This document shows, in pieces, positions 26,246-38,860 of a stretch of 64,000 nt of DNA. The notes under the pieces were generated by a model, which was not told the origin of the DNA, searched no databases, and was given only the letters and a program-made list of their open reading frames with translations. Each line of letters starts with the position of its first letter. The first letter of the stretch is position 1. Location of the stretch: contig NC_057751.1 in the NCBI RefSeq assembly GCF_004010195.1, positions 12,478,908 through 12,542,907 of the forward strand, written 5' to 3'. The translations under genes and the position numbers were made by a program. Source of the stretch: Chiloscyllium plagiosum. Lineage: Eukaryota.

Positions 26246-27879
26246 CAGCAGGTCTAATCTGATCTCCTGGATATTTCCAGTGCTTTCTGTTTCACAGTCA
26301 AGAACACAGCATGAACTGACCCTCTTCGCCAAGAGGTCATTGCAAAACAATGGGACTTTGCATCACTGCTGTGAGAGATCAAACAACTGATATCGGGGCA
26401 CTCAAATTCATGGACATCAACACTGTTTCACATTGCAATCTAAAGTTTTAATAAGTCGGGACTAAAAGTAAGATCTGGACAATTTTTATGCTTTGTGAGA
26501 GGAAAAGGTGTTGAAAACATTATCGCAAACATTTCTAAAAATTTCAGATTCCTTTCTCTTTCAGTTGATTTGTGGAACATTTGAGAGGCAGTTTTCTGGT
26601 ATGATCTTTGTAGTGGAAAGTTGTGCAGACCATTTTTAAGAATTCCAGATACATTATGAGTGACATTCTGACAAGCCTTTCAAATATTAAGAGCACATCT
26701 TTGTGCAGCATGGTGCTCCATACCACAGAAGAATGTTGGTACAATAGACAGGGGACAGTACAGGTTCACAAGAATGCTGAAATTAAAACAGAAAATGGAG
26801 GAAACAGTCAGGTCAGACAGCATCTGTGGAGAAGCAGAGTGAAATTTTCCATCAGAACTGGAATATTGCCTGGCACAAGGAAATACTGCCAGGATCCAAA
26901 CTTCTGCCAGCACTCATGAATGAAGTCTGGCCACCTGGATGAATCATCCTAAAAGCAACTGGCACCATTGGATATGTACAGCGAGGAGTCGACACCTTCA
27001 GGACTGGAGCCAAGAATATAAAGGAAAATAATAACTACATCGGGATATATTCAACTCAATTCATCACCAACATTTGAAGGGATAAATGTGAGAGCAGTAC
27101 CAAACAATGCAAAAGGAAATTCGTGCAAACATTCTTCAGCCAAATAGAGTTTAAAATGTGCGACCACACAGGACTTGAATGGTACAGATGGATTTTAGGG
27201 GTGTCGAGACAGCATGAGGGAGAAATGATGAGAACGATATGTGAATTAGCTGAAATGAAGAGAGGAGAAGGAGAAGGTATTGACTAGATGAGTCAAGTAA
27301 CCTTTTTCTGTGGAAGATACTCTGTGTAACTTCATGTGGTATTGTCTCATCATCACTGGGAAGGCATCCTTTCAATGTGTCAAACATGATTCAGAGGCGA
27401 TGTATATTATTTCCTGACTGACCCCAATAAGTTGGTGTCAGATTGTCACCCAGGTCTAGTGGTTGTACTTTGAAGGATTCTTTATTTTGATTCCTTATTC
27501 AATTTGTTTTCCAACACTGGCAACATTCAGATTGGCACTTGCATTTCCATTGTTGTAACCTTGCATTCCAAGATAGTCAAAGACTGAATGCAAGAGCCTT
27601 TCCCACACACAAAAAAAGGGTCATTTTTCTTCCTTGGCAGCACTATCAGAGGACTGGAACAGTCTTGCTGGATGACCGCAGAACAAAACATAATGGAAGT
27701 GTTGGAAAGAACATTGGAGTGTGTTCTTAAAATATAAAGATGTCACTGTGGAGTAAGAGTGTGAATGTCTCAGTCTATGTTGTACCTGACAATTGAGAGG
27801 GAGAGGGTACAATCGGAAGTGACAATATATCTGTTGAATAAAGGGACCTATGGAGCTATGAGGGAGGAGCTGGCCAAAG

Positions 27880-29775
27880 TTAGAACAACAGAGGATTACT
27901 AAGAAGGAAATACGCAGAGAAAAAATGAGGTACGAAGGTAAACTCTCCAAAAATATAAAGGAGGATAGTAAAAGCTTTTTTAGGTATGTGAAAGGTAAAA
28001 AAATGGTTAAGACTAAAATTGGGCCCTCTAAGACAGAAACAGGGGAATATATTATGGGGAACAAAGAAATGGCAGGAGAATTGAATTGGTACTTCAGATC
28101 TGTGTTCACTGGGGAAGACACAAGCAATCTCCCTGAGGTAACGGTGGCTGAAGGACTTGAACTTAAAGGAATTTATATTTGCCAGGAATTGGTGTTGGAG
28201 ATACTGTTAGGTCTGAAGATTGATATGTCCCCAGGGCCTGATGGTCTACATCCCAGGGTACTGAAGGAGGTGGCTCGAGAAATCGTGGATGCGTTGGTGA
28301 TTATTTTTCAGAGTTCGATAGATTCGCAATCAGTTCTTGCGGATTGGAGGGTGGCTAGTGTTGTACCACTTTTTAAGAAAGGTGGCAGAGAGAAAGCAGG
28401 AAATTATAGACCAGTTAGTCTGATCTCAGTGGTGCGAAAGATGCTGGAGTCTATTATAAAGGATGAAATTAAGACACATCTGTATAGTGGTAACAGGATA
28501 GGTCAGAGTCAGCATGGATTTATGAAGGGGAAATCATGCATGACTAATCTTCTGGAATTTTTTTGAGGATATAACTCTGAAGATGGATGAGGGAGATCCA
28601 GTAGATGTAGTGTAACTGGACTTTCAGAAAGCTTTTGATAAAGTCCCACATAGGAGGTTAGTGAGCAAAAGTAGGGTGCATGGTATTGGGGGCAAAGTAC
28701 TAACTTGGATTGAAAGTTGGTTGGCTGAAAGGAAACAAAGAATAGTGATAAACGGATCCATTTCGGAATGGCAGGCAGTGACCAGTCGGGTACCGCAGGG
28801 ATCAGTGCTGGGACCGCAGCTTTTTACAATATATGTTAATGATATAGAAGATGGTAATAATATTAGCAAATTTGCTGATGATACTAAGCAGGATGGCAGG
28901 GTGAAATGTGAGGAGAATGTTAGGAGATTACAGGGTGATCTGGACAGGTTAGGTGAGTGGTCAGATGCATGGCAGATGCAGTTTAATGTGGATAAATGTA
29001 TGGTTATCCACTTTGGTGGCAAGAACAGGAAGGCAGATTACTACCTAATTGGAATCAATTTAGGTCAAGGGGCAGTACAAAGAGATCTGGGTGTTCTTGT
29101 ACACCAGTCAATGAAGGTAAGCATGCAAGTACTGCAGGTAGTGAAAAAGGCTAATAGCATGCTGGCCTTCATAACAAGAGGGATTGAGTATAGAAGCAAA
29201 GAGGTTCTTTTGCAGCTGTACAGGGCCCTGGTGAAACCACACCTGGAGTACTGTGTGCAGTTCTGGTCTCCAAATTTGAGGAAAGACATTCTGGCTATTG
29301 AGGGAGTGTAGCGTAGGTTCACGAGGTCAATTCCTGAAAGACTGGAGCGACTGGGCTTGTATACCCTTGAGTTTAGAAGACTGAGAAGGGATCTGATTTA
29401 GAGATATAAGATTATTAAAGGATTGGACACTCTGGAGGCAGGAAACATGTTTCCGCTGATGGGTGAGTGCTGAACCAGAGGACACAGCTTAAAAATACAG
29501 GGTAGACCATTTAGGACAGAGATGAGGAGAAACTTCTTCACTCAGAGAGTGGTGGCTGTGTGGAATCTCTGCACCAGAGGGCAGTGGAGGCCCAGACTCT
29601 GGATTCATTTAAGAAAGAGTTGGATAGAGCTCTCAAGGGTAGTGGAATCAAGGGTTATGGAGATAAGGCAGGAACAGGATACTGATTAAGGATGATCAGC
29701 CATGATCATATTTAATGGTGGTGCAGGCTCGAAGGGCAGAATGGCCTACTCCTGCACCTATTGTCTATTGTCTAT
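27880..29775 (+). mobile_element. 5'-truncated CR1 LINE, RT region with few disablements
   Basis: ORFs 27925-28566 and 28661-29311 contain SPGPDGLHPRVLKE, NYRPVSL, QHGFMKGKSC, VPQGSVLGP, FADDTK and LEYCVQFWSP; (CTATTGT)n tail. Confidence 0.93.
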
Positions 29776-32700
29776 CATAATGTATGCAGAACTTTAAATG
29801 AAAGTGTCTCAAGGGGAAATATTAGAGCTGTAGCCCTCTATATTAGACTGGAATAACCTATATAATATAAATGAAGAGTTGAAATGACTTTACCATGCCT
29901 ACATCAGAACTATTGTAATTGGAGAACAGATCAGGACAACCAACTAGGTTCAACATGATGAGGGCAGGAACAAACCAAGACTTACATTAAGGATGGACCA
30001 CACCTTGGTGCAGAATGCACCACCAATGATCAATCATGCCAAATCCAATCATGGCTATTGACGATGCCTTTGGCACTATACCCCAAGGAGATTGAGATAA
30101 AGAGGTTCAATATTGATTTCCCATTTTGCGCTGAGCTCGATAAATATGTTCAAGGCCAGTAGACACTCTCTGTATTTGTTCAAGGAGGCAACTCACCACC
30201 ACCTTCACAAGGGCAACTAGGGATGAGCGACAAATGTTGGCTCAGCCAACGCCCCATGAGTGTATAAAACAAATTCCAGTGGTGGGAGTAGGAAAGAATT
30301 GATTTCAACCGAATAAGCTGGTGCCACAACTTGTGCCCAAGCCAGATTGGCCATTGTCTGCAGACAGCTGCCAGTTCGTCCCTGTTTAGACAAAGATAAG
30401 ACAGAAGGTCTTGAAAGGAAGAGTGTTACTTGTTCTCAGCTAAACATACATTGGCGCTGTTACAAGATCCAAGAGTGATTTATTTAACTACTCTAAACTG
30501 TGTCTGAGATAAATAAAACATTGTGGGTTTTACACTGAATTTTTCTTTTTTTTCAAATCCAGCATGAGTAAAAGAACAAAAGAAAAATGTTTAATACTGC
30601 TCAGTGTGAAACAGTTTTTCATGGTTACAAACTGTATGCAGCACAATTGGTCCAAATTAATTTGTCAAAATTGCAGTCACTTGCTTGGGTTAAATTTAAT
30701 TACTTTGACTATGAAGAAACTGCTGCCACACTTCTGATTTCTCCAAATCTCCAAGTCCCTCAATAAGAACTGAAAGGTTCCAAGTGCAGCAATGGAGTGC
30801 TGGCTTCTTTTTTTGAGGGTTGCAGTAGTTCCTCTTTCTCTGGTCTTTCTTCCTTGCATGTTCAATTCATAGATGATGGTCAACTTGATTTGACTTGGGT
30901 CCCAGACCAGATATATCCTGCTCTCAACCCTTGTTGACCAGAGCTGGACCTCCATAAAGATGCCAGGGACCTGACATAATGCTCTTTGCTGCAGTGTGGG
31001 TTGTTCACCGTGTATGGACATTTGAGATGTTTAACATGTTGGGGATGACGGGTTTATGAGGTTCCATTTAACTGTAGCAGCTCAATGCTGGCTGAGATCA
31101 GAAACAGGCAAGAATAGGTATCAAGGAACTTTCAAGTCTGGATCACTTTCCTATACAGTGCTTATAGGTATGAAATCAGATCTGTCTGTCTCGTGTGGCC
31201 ATGAAAGGTTCATGCTCATTCTACATCACTCATGTGTTGCCCACCACATTCATTATTGTTCTTCCTATAAATGTAAAGGCAGGAAACTGATCTTAGGCTT
31301 ATTGCATATTTTAATTATAGCTCAACATCTATCTCAGACTCATTTGCAAAATTGGACTAGGATTGACTCCTACATTACTTAAGGCACACTGCATCCAGAC
31401 CAGTGGTCATTAAAACATCTGTTAGAGGGTGTCACCCACAAGTTTAAGTCTTATATCTTACCCCTCCATAATGAGAAAGCCAATCTCCATGAAATGACCC
31501 TATCTAGGGTGCACTGAAACATATGGCACACGTCTGCTTTTAAACATACAATGCAAAGCTCTGAAGCAAATGTGGTCAAGCAGTGCGCATTCTCTCATTC
31601 AGATTGTTGAAAATTTAATTTCAACTTGCACTACATTCACTGGAATCTATTAATCCATTCCTCCATGTGCACTCACTTCAATGAATGCATCCCTCAATCA
31701 TTAAACACTGGTCCTGTATGAATCCTTCCCTCATTTCTCTGTATCATTGTTATGAGAGATTTCAGTCACCCAAATCACTTAAACCTTCCCTTATTTCTTT
31801 ACCATCCATTTTGTTGATCTTCAGTCATTCATCTTAACTGCTTTTCTAGGGACCAGCATCCAATTCCTTTACTTCCTTTTTCCTGGAAGACTTTGTTGAA
31901 CCGTGCACATGAGAAAGTGTGAAATAAAAGTTTGTTGTCACCAGCTTGGCTCATGTGTATATCCACTTGAGCAAGGTACTGGAGCGTGGTCAATTCCTGC
32001 ACCTCTTCAAAAGGAGAGGGGGAGCGAACTGATATTGATCAATAAAGAAATCAGCAGCTAAGATAGAATTCATTTTCAACATAATAAATCTTTAGCCAAA
32101 TTCAGAATATTGTCAGTCTTTCAGAGTAAAGTAGAATTTGGTGACAGATGAAGTCTTTCAGGGAAAACTCATGGTGATAGAATTGGAGGCAGCCAATATC
32201 TAAAAACTGTGTGAAGAGTTCACAGGCAAAACCTTGAAAACCTACTTGCTGTCAGTGAATAAAGAAAAGCAGGGCCAAAATAAATGCAACCTGTCTGATG
32301 CAATCGGCTACCAAACTGTTAAAATCACACTTTAATAAACTTCGGTCTCCGAGGCTCTGTCAAACAGAAATGGTTTACTGTTAGACAGATGTGATTCCTG
32401 CAGCACCATTTTAATTGAAGTGACACTTCTGATTTCTGCAAACAAACATTTAGCTCTGTTAAATCCCGGTTTAAATACAAAAATAAATTTCAGGAAGCTC
32501 TTGGCAGTGCATTAGTTTTGTTTAAAAATATTGGTCATTTACGTTAGCAAATAAAGAAAGAAAGCTACGATTCAGACTAGTACTACCTTTTGTATCATTG
32601 GTCTGAGTGTCAGAAGTGATGAACATCAGAATAGGAGGAAGCAAGCCAGCTCCTTGAGGCTCTTCTACTATCTTTTGAGGCCATGGGCAATCTGCAAACT

Positions 32701-35258
32701 CACTCCATAGACTCAACTTTCTCCTACCTCATTTAGTACCCTTTGGTGAACAAAATCTCCATGTTCTGAGTCGAAAAATCTGTCAAGATATTAGCAAAGC
32801 AGAGAGATCTAACAAACTGCACAGATTATCTTCTGCATCAGCCTAATCAGATAACATTGATACCAACAGAGATTTGGATGTTTCAGTCCATTTTCTTCAG
32901 CTGAAATGTGATCATTTTCTTTCTAATCGTAAGCTATGCAATTTTGTTGAGTTCAAGCTAGTATGAATATTTGACAGTTTTCTTATTAGTTCTAACGACA
33001 CTTTTTCTGTTTCATAATTACTTACTTTTCCTAACAGGGCTCATTCTGTAGCATGAAAGGTGAAATCTACCCAATCAAATTGCAGCAAAGCAAGCCTCTG
33101 AACTGCAGATAAGAAAATAAAATTTCAGTGGAATATAATTTCCATGAGCCACAAGGACCACAATTAGCTTGACTGCATATGAACATACCTGCTCATCAGT
33201 CATGCTTCTTTCACTCTCCAATACCATTTCCCCCTCCACACTCCACAATGACACCCACATACACATATGCTCAGAAAAGGTGCATGGGTACACCATCTTC
33301 TCTAAATCACGCATGTGCTCACTTCAAATAATACTGCTGTTTCTTCATCATCGTTGGGTCAAAGTCCTTGCATGTTGCTAGGATCCCAGCTGATAGCAAT
33401 AATGGATAAATGAGATCCCAGATCAAAAGCTGCTTGATGGATAGCATGTTTTGTTTTTTTTTTGTTTACTATTAAAGTCAGTCGCTGAGGACATTCACAG
33501 GAGACTGTAAATATACTTTTAACAAAAAAGAAAAGCAATTCATTGCATAAAACAAAATCACAAACTTCATGAGACTCAATAGTATAAATTGGACTGATCT
33601 CATTCTAAATATCAGAATGAAATATTCATGCTTTCTATCCCTGCAATTTCCTTAAAGATGCTCAAATCTCAGTAATGAATTGCTAAAACTTTCCACTCAA
33701 TTCATACACTGTCATAAGTTTCCTTTCAGCAATTACTCCATGTTCACAATCTTATTTTCTTCAGTTAATGCTTGTCCTCAAGACTCTCCAAAACCAATCT
33801 GCAAACTCACTATTATGTAAAATGGATTCCTCAGCTTATGTCTTCCACAGATTTGACCTCTTGGAAACTGATAAAACAACATCTGTGCTGTAATAACTGT
33901 CCCCTTTTCACATTTGTTTCTGACCCCCTTCCATCTCTCATAAAACCTAATTCAGCAAACATTGTAGCAATTGTCACTCCTGGTGACTTGCTGGTCATTT
34001 AGCTAAAGTTATTTGACATATTGTAAACATTGTTTTCAAATGGCCTTCTGAGTTTTCATAAAATAACAAGTCAGACCACAGAAAACTAAAATTCATTATC
34101 CCTCCGCTTTAGTATTCACTTTCCCAAATAACAATAATGTGTTTTGAGCCATCATTATGACCTAGAATGCAGCCATTCAAAAATAAATCTCATATTCTGA
34201 AGGGCAATATTTCCCACCAATACCATTTTTTTTGGTACATGAACCTTGGAGGTCGATGTGTGGCATTGAAACCTCAAGTCAATGCATTGGAACAACTGCA
34301 TGACCATGCAGCTTAGAGGGCACATTGCTTCCCGCATCCTAAGAATTGATAAATAAATAACTAAACCAACATGCCTTGTTGCATCCCTTCACATTCAACA
34401 TGTGCTAAGGGTCAAAGAGGCTTGCGTTCTGATTTCCCCAATCCCTCTTGCTCCACTGCTGCCCTCCCCATTCTCACAACTTTCCACTCAGTCACGGGCA
34501 CTGGTTCTATCACGATACATTACTCGAGGACTAGTGAACCAGAGCAAGTTCCTGAAGGACATTGTTGTGGTTGCCCAGAGATTTCTACAGGAAGCAGAAG
34601 CTGTGAGAGTGTGAAGGAGATCTGCATCAAAAACTACAAATATCAGACACAGGAAGGGATGACAAAAGAGAAAAGATTAACAGTACAATGGACAGGAGGA
34701 ACATTAGATCACCGTCGGGAATTTATAAAGCTATTGAAGCAATGATAAATCTTTCAAAATGGATAAGAATTGCCAATAGCTTCTTTCATGATCCTCAACC
34801 ATCCCTCATCTAGAAGGCAACGGAAATGGAACTTGCCTCAAGTTTGCAAGCTCCAAGCCAACCTTTCAGTGCTCCTAATTCCCATTACTGCTTCAGGGAG
34901 CAAGGACATTCTCTCAGTAGTTGTCCAGGTGTCAGTTTGTCTCTGTTGGGAGCATAATTGTGTCTGAATCATCTCTTGTGAGTTTAAACACAACATCAAA
35001 AATTGAGTGTGATTCCCTGTTCTGATGGTGTATTGCAATCTCAGAGGCATTAACTGAGGCCCTGCTCCCTGTTTGGATCATTGGTAGTAATCCTGTGTCA
35101 TGATGTGAAGAAAAACATGAGATCTCCTGGAGCCTTGCTCATTTACCTTTCTTTTGTTCATTTATATTCCTTTTCATTCATTGCTGCCTGTTGTCCTTGA
35201 CGGTTTAAAATAGCTGCTGGGTTTATCTTGTAACAATAGGGATTGAATGTCAAACCAG

Positions 35259-35381
35259 GAGAAAGTGAGGACTGCAGATGCTGGAGATCAGAGTCGAGAG
35301 TGTAGTCCTGGAAAAGCACAGCAGGTCAGGCAGCATCCGAGGAGCAGGAGAATCGATGTTTCGGGCATAAGCCCTTCACTC
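35259..35381. mobile_element. Single-arm copy of family B element
   Basis: Same GAGAAAGTGAGGACTGCAG start; TSD AATGTCAAAC(C/T)AG at 35246-35258 and 35385-35397. Confidence 0.8.
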
Positions 35382-36069
35382 TTAAATGTCAAACTAGTCA
35401 AACTAGTCATGAAGCGCTTTGAAATGCCCCCGCAATTTGTGCCCAAAAGAAGTTCCACGCATATTTCCCTCAAATACCTGCTATAATGCTCACTGAGAGC
35501 TCGCGTTCAAAAACAATTCTTAGAAATGGAAAGATTCAAAGCACCTGCTCACATTCCAATCTTGGATGTCTCCAGATTGCTGGCAACATGGCAAGATCTA
35601 TTCACACCATGCTGCTGCATGTAAGGAGAGCTGCACCAAGACACTAATAGGTAAAATCCTGGTCTGGATCTTCTATGAAATGGCCTTTGCAAGGAAAGAC
35701 AGTTGAGTCAATAGTGCAGGCTGCACCCAAGCAGATAAAGTAGGGCATGTTCATTCACCTCAGTGCTCCAGGCAAAAAACACAACCACAGTCCCTAAATA
35801 TGTGCTTATTCACTGGAGATTTAAAAAGAATAAACACCCTTTTACCTGTCAGAAATATATCTTCATTGATTCCTGCAGACCAAAACTGTAAAAAAAATTC
35901 TGAAATTCACTCCTCAAAGTGGTAAAGGCAAGATGGAACTCATTTGAAAAGTATTTCAAAATCGTTGACACCGGACAAATTCTGACACTAACTTGGTGAA
36001 ATAAAAATGCATCTGAGAAAAGGTTACTCGCAGATTTGTTTGAGTCCAATAAAGGTAGATGCAACTTAC

Positions 36070-36150
36070 CAAATTCACTTGCACAGAGGTGATCCAGAAT
36101 AATGTCTGTATTCATCTGATTGTCACACGGTGGACACACTTCTGATGCTG
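36070..36150 (-). CDS. SFRP1: SFRP1-like coding exon 2 (81 nt, start of netrin/NTR module)
   Basis: Acceptor TTCTTTCCAG| and donor TTTG|GTAAGT; phase 1-1 is compatible with exon 1. Encodes AASEVCPPCDNQMNTDIILDHLCASEF, matching the SFRP1 motif VCPPCDN...HLCASEF. Confidence 0.92.
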
Positions 36151-36780
36151 CTGGAAAGAAGCAAACCAATGTTTTTGTCAGTCAGAACAGATGGGGTGAG
36201 AAACAACAGGAACTCTTTAGTACACAGAGGCATTCATACAATAAAATCATCTGCATTTATATATCTCATTATAAGACATCCATTTTCCAATGTGATTAGG
36301 AGCAGTATTTTTGGATAAAGGTAACAAACAATCAAAAAAAGCATGTTCAAAAAGAAATGGTTCTACTTCACAGGGAGTCAGTTCTGAAGCAGTATAACAT
36401 CCAGGAGATTTTCAATACAAACTGAAAGACGACATTTGTCATTATTAAGCAGAGCTCAAGTTGTCCTATTACTTGGAATTTTCTTTTACCTCATTCCAAT
36501 TTCCTAAAGGACCCCACTCCCTGGAACTCTGAATGTAAGCACCTCACTAAATTTCTGGCTGTCCTTGGCAGCCAAGATGTCATGGGTCAGCCAGCTTTTT
36601 GAACACAAGGACTGCTCAGATCAGGGCGTTCTCTGCTCACCTGACTTGAACTTCTCAACAAGGATCACTGCCTAAACTTTGGGGAAGCATTAGTGTCCTG
36701 GTAATGTCGTTTGAGTAATAATTAATGAGCCTCAGGCTCATGTTCTGGAGAATGGGTTTGAATCCCACCAAGGCACATGG

Positions 36781-37508
36781 TGAATTTTGAACTTAACTAA
36801 AAGCAATCAAGGGTAAAAAGCTCATCTAATAATATCCATGAAATCTCTGTTGCTTGTTGTCAAAAATCATTGAATTCACTGATCCCCTGTCAGAGGATGA
36901 AATCTAGCTTCCCTATCTCGTCTGGCCCACATGTGATGCCAGACGCACAGCAATGTAGTTGATTGTTAAGTGCCCTCTGGGAATGAAAAATGGGCATCAA
37001 TCTTGGCATATCCAGCCATTCCACATCCCATGAACAAATTGAAACAAAACAGCCCAAAGGCAATTATGGTGACTTTCCCCGCATCACTTATGAAGGAGAA
37101 TAGTGAACACATGTAGATGATGAGAGTGAGGATTCTCCTGGTGTTGAATTTTGAACTTAACTAAAAACAATCAAGGATAAAAAGCTCATCTAATAATATC
37201 CATGAAATCTCTGTTGCTTGTTGTAAAAAATCATTGAATTCACTGATCCCCTGTCAGAGGATGAAATCTAGCTTCCCTACCTCGTCTGGCCCACATGTGA
37301 TGCCAGACGCACAGCAATGTAGTTGTTTGTTAAGTGCCCTCTGGGAATGAAAAATGGGCATCAATCTTGGCATATCCAGCCATTCCACATCCCATGAACA
37401 AATTGAAACAAAACAGCCCAAAGGCAATTATGGTGACTTTCCCCGCATCACTTATGAAGGAGAATAGTGAACACATGTAGATGATGAGAGTGAGGATTCT
37501 CCTGGTGT
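36781..37508 (+). repeat. Tandem duplication, 2 x 364 bp
   Basis: 36781-37144 and 37145-37508 differ at about five positions. Confidence 0.95.
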
Positions 37509-38644
37509 TTATGTTTCAGGACAATATGGTGATGCATTCATCCTGCAGTACAATGGAAAGGCTTGCACTTAGTGAGCAGTGTTCATGACCCTGGGACATC
37601 TCAAAGTACTTGGCAGCCAGTGAGATACAATTGAAGAGTAATCACCATTGTAATGTTGGAGCCACACAAACACAATGATTTTTGGGTCTTTGCATTTGTT
37701 GGAAATTCAATCTAGACAGTTTTAAGTCTTTATAATACAGTTTAGATCTGAGCCTTCCAGTTCATAAACATAGCTGAGATGCTAACCCACCACCTGAGAG
37801 TGTTTTAACCACCCATCCCTGGTCCTACCCAAGGAAAACCTGGAATTTTAGTCTGGAACCATTTTCCTGGCTCACATTCATTGTTTTTGTTTATTAACCC
37901 CTCTGTCTGCTTGGTCATATTAAAGTGATCCTTTGAAAATTATCATGAAGAATTTTCCTCATCATACGTAGGAGAAGGGCAAAGAAAAACAATATAATTC
38001 TGGGGAAAATTGAAAACATTGAAAAAAGAAAGCCAAAGAGAAAATGTTTTTCATCAGTTGATAGAAATAACAAAATCGCCTAAGGGTAGCATTGGTGGGG
38101 ATGTGGGGAATTAAAACAAATGTTGAAGCAAGTTTTGCTTTCTTCAGTGTGAAATTGTCCATGACAAGTAAAATAAACAGCAGCATGCAGTGAGAGGCTG
38201 GGTCTACTGAATCAGCATGTGATATAAATAGCTCTGAGCGGTGTCTGTCAGAAGAACTGCAATCCTGCACTTCAGCACAATCCATCTTTCACTACACACC
38301 AGTTGATGGAGCCATTACAGAGCCTTGTATGAACCACCTGTGTATACAACTTGTCGTACCAGTCAAACAGAGTGGTTCCACTGAGTCTGATCCATGTCTG
38401 CATGCTGGGCTCTCAGCTTCACCCAGTTTGCCTGTCTGTTATTTGTAAGGTAATGCGGTTCAGTGGGTTAGCACTCTGAGTCAGAAGACTGATTGGATTC
38501 AAGTTGCAAAACATACAGAAAGCTGACACTGCTTTGCAGTAGTGCAGGAGAATTCCAGTGTTGGATAAATGATTTTGCATTAATGTTAAACCAAGGCTCC
38601 ATCTTCCTTTTGAAGCACAGCAGGTGAACTTTCCTGATGTCAAA

Positions 38645-38860
38645 GAATCATGGAATCTTAGAATTAATGGTGGCCACAAAAGGTGGCCATTTTGTCTGCA
38701 CAGGCTCCTGAAAGAGCTACCCAGCCAGTCCCACTCTCCAGCCCTATCTCCGTTGCCCTCTAACTTCATCACTTTCAAATGGACATCTAGCTCCCTTTTT
38801 AAATCTCCTATGGAATTTGCTTCCATCACTCTCCCAGGCAATGTATTCCAATCCTTGACA
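38645..38860 (-). mobile_element. CR1 3' end nested in a DeuSINE-like element
   Basis: LPGRVMEANSIGDLKRELDVHLK C-terminal remnant. Confidence 0.65.

Noticed and set aside
27925..29311. Two long ORFs (213 and 216 aa) as a host gene
   Set aside because: They are frameshifted pieces of a CR1 reverse transcriptase.
33373..34133. Possible solo LTR (TGTT...AACA)
   Set aside because: No matching TSD and no second copy in the window.
34371..34745. Cys-rich 124-aa plus-strand ORF as the missing NTR exon
   Set aside because: Wrong strand and no NTR motif.
35849..36069. Tail of the 106-aa ORF containing exon 2
   Set aside because: Intronic; SFRP similarity ends at the GTAAGT donor.
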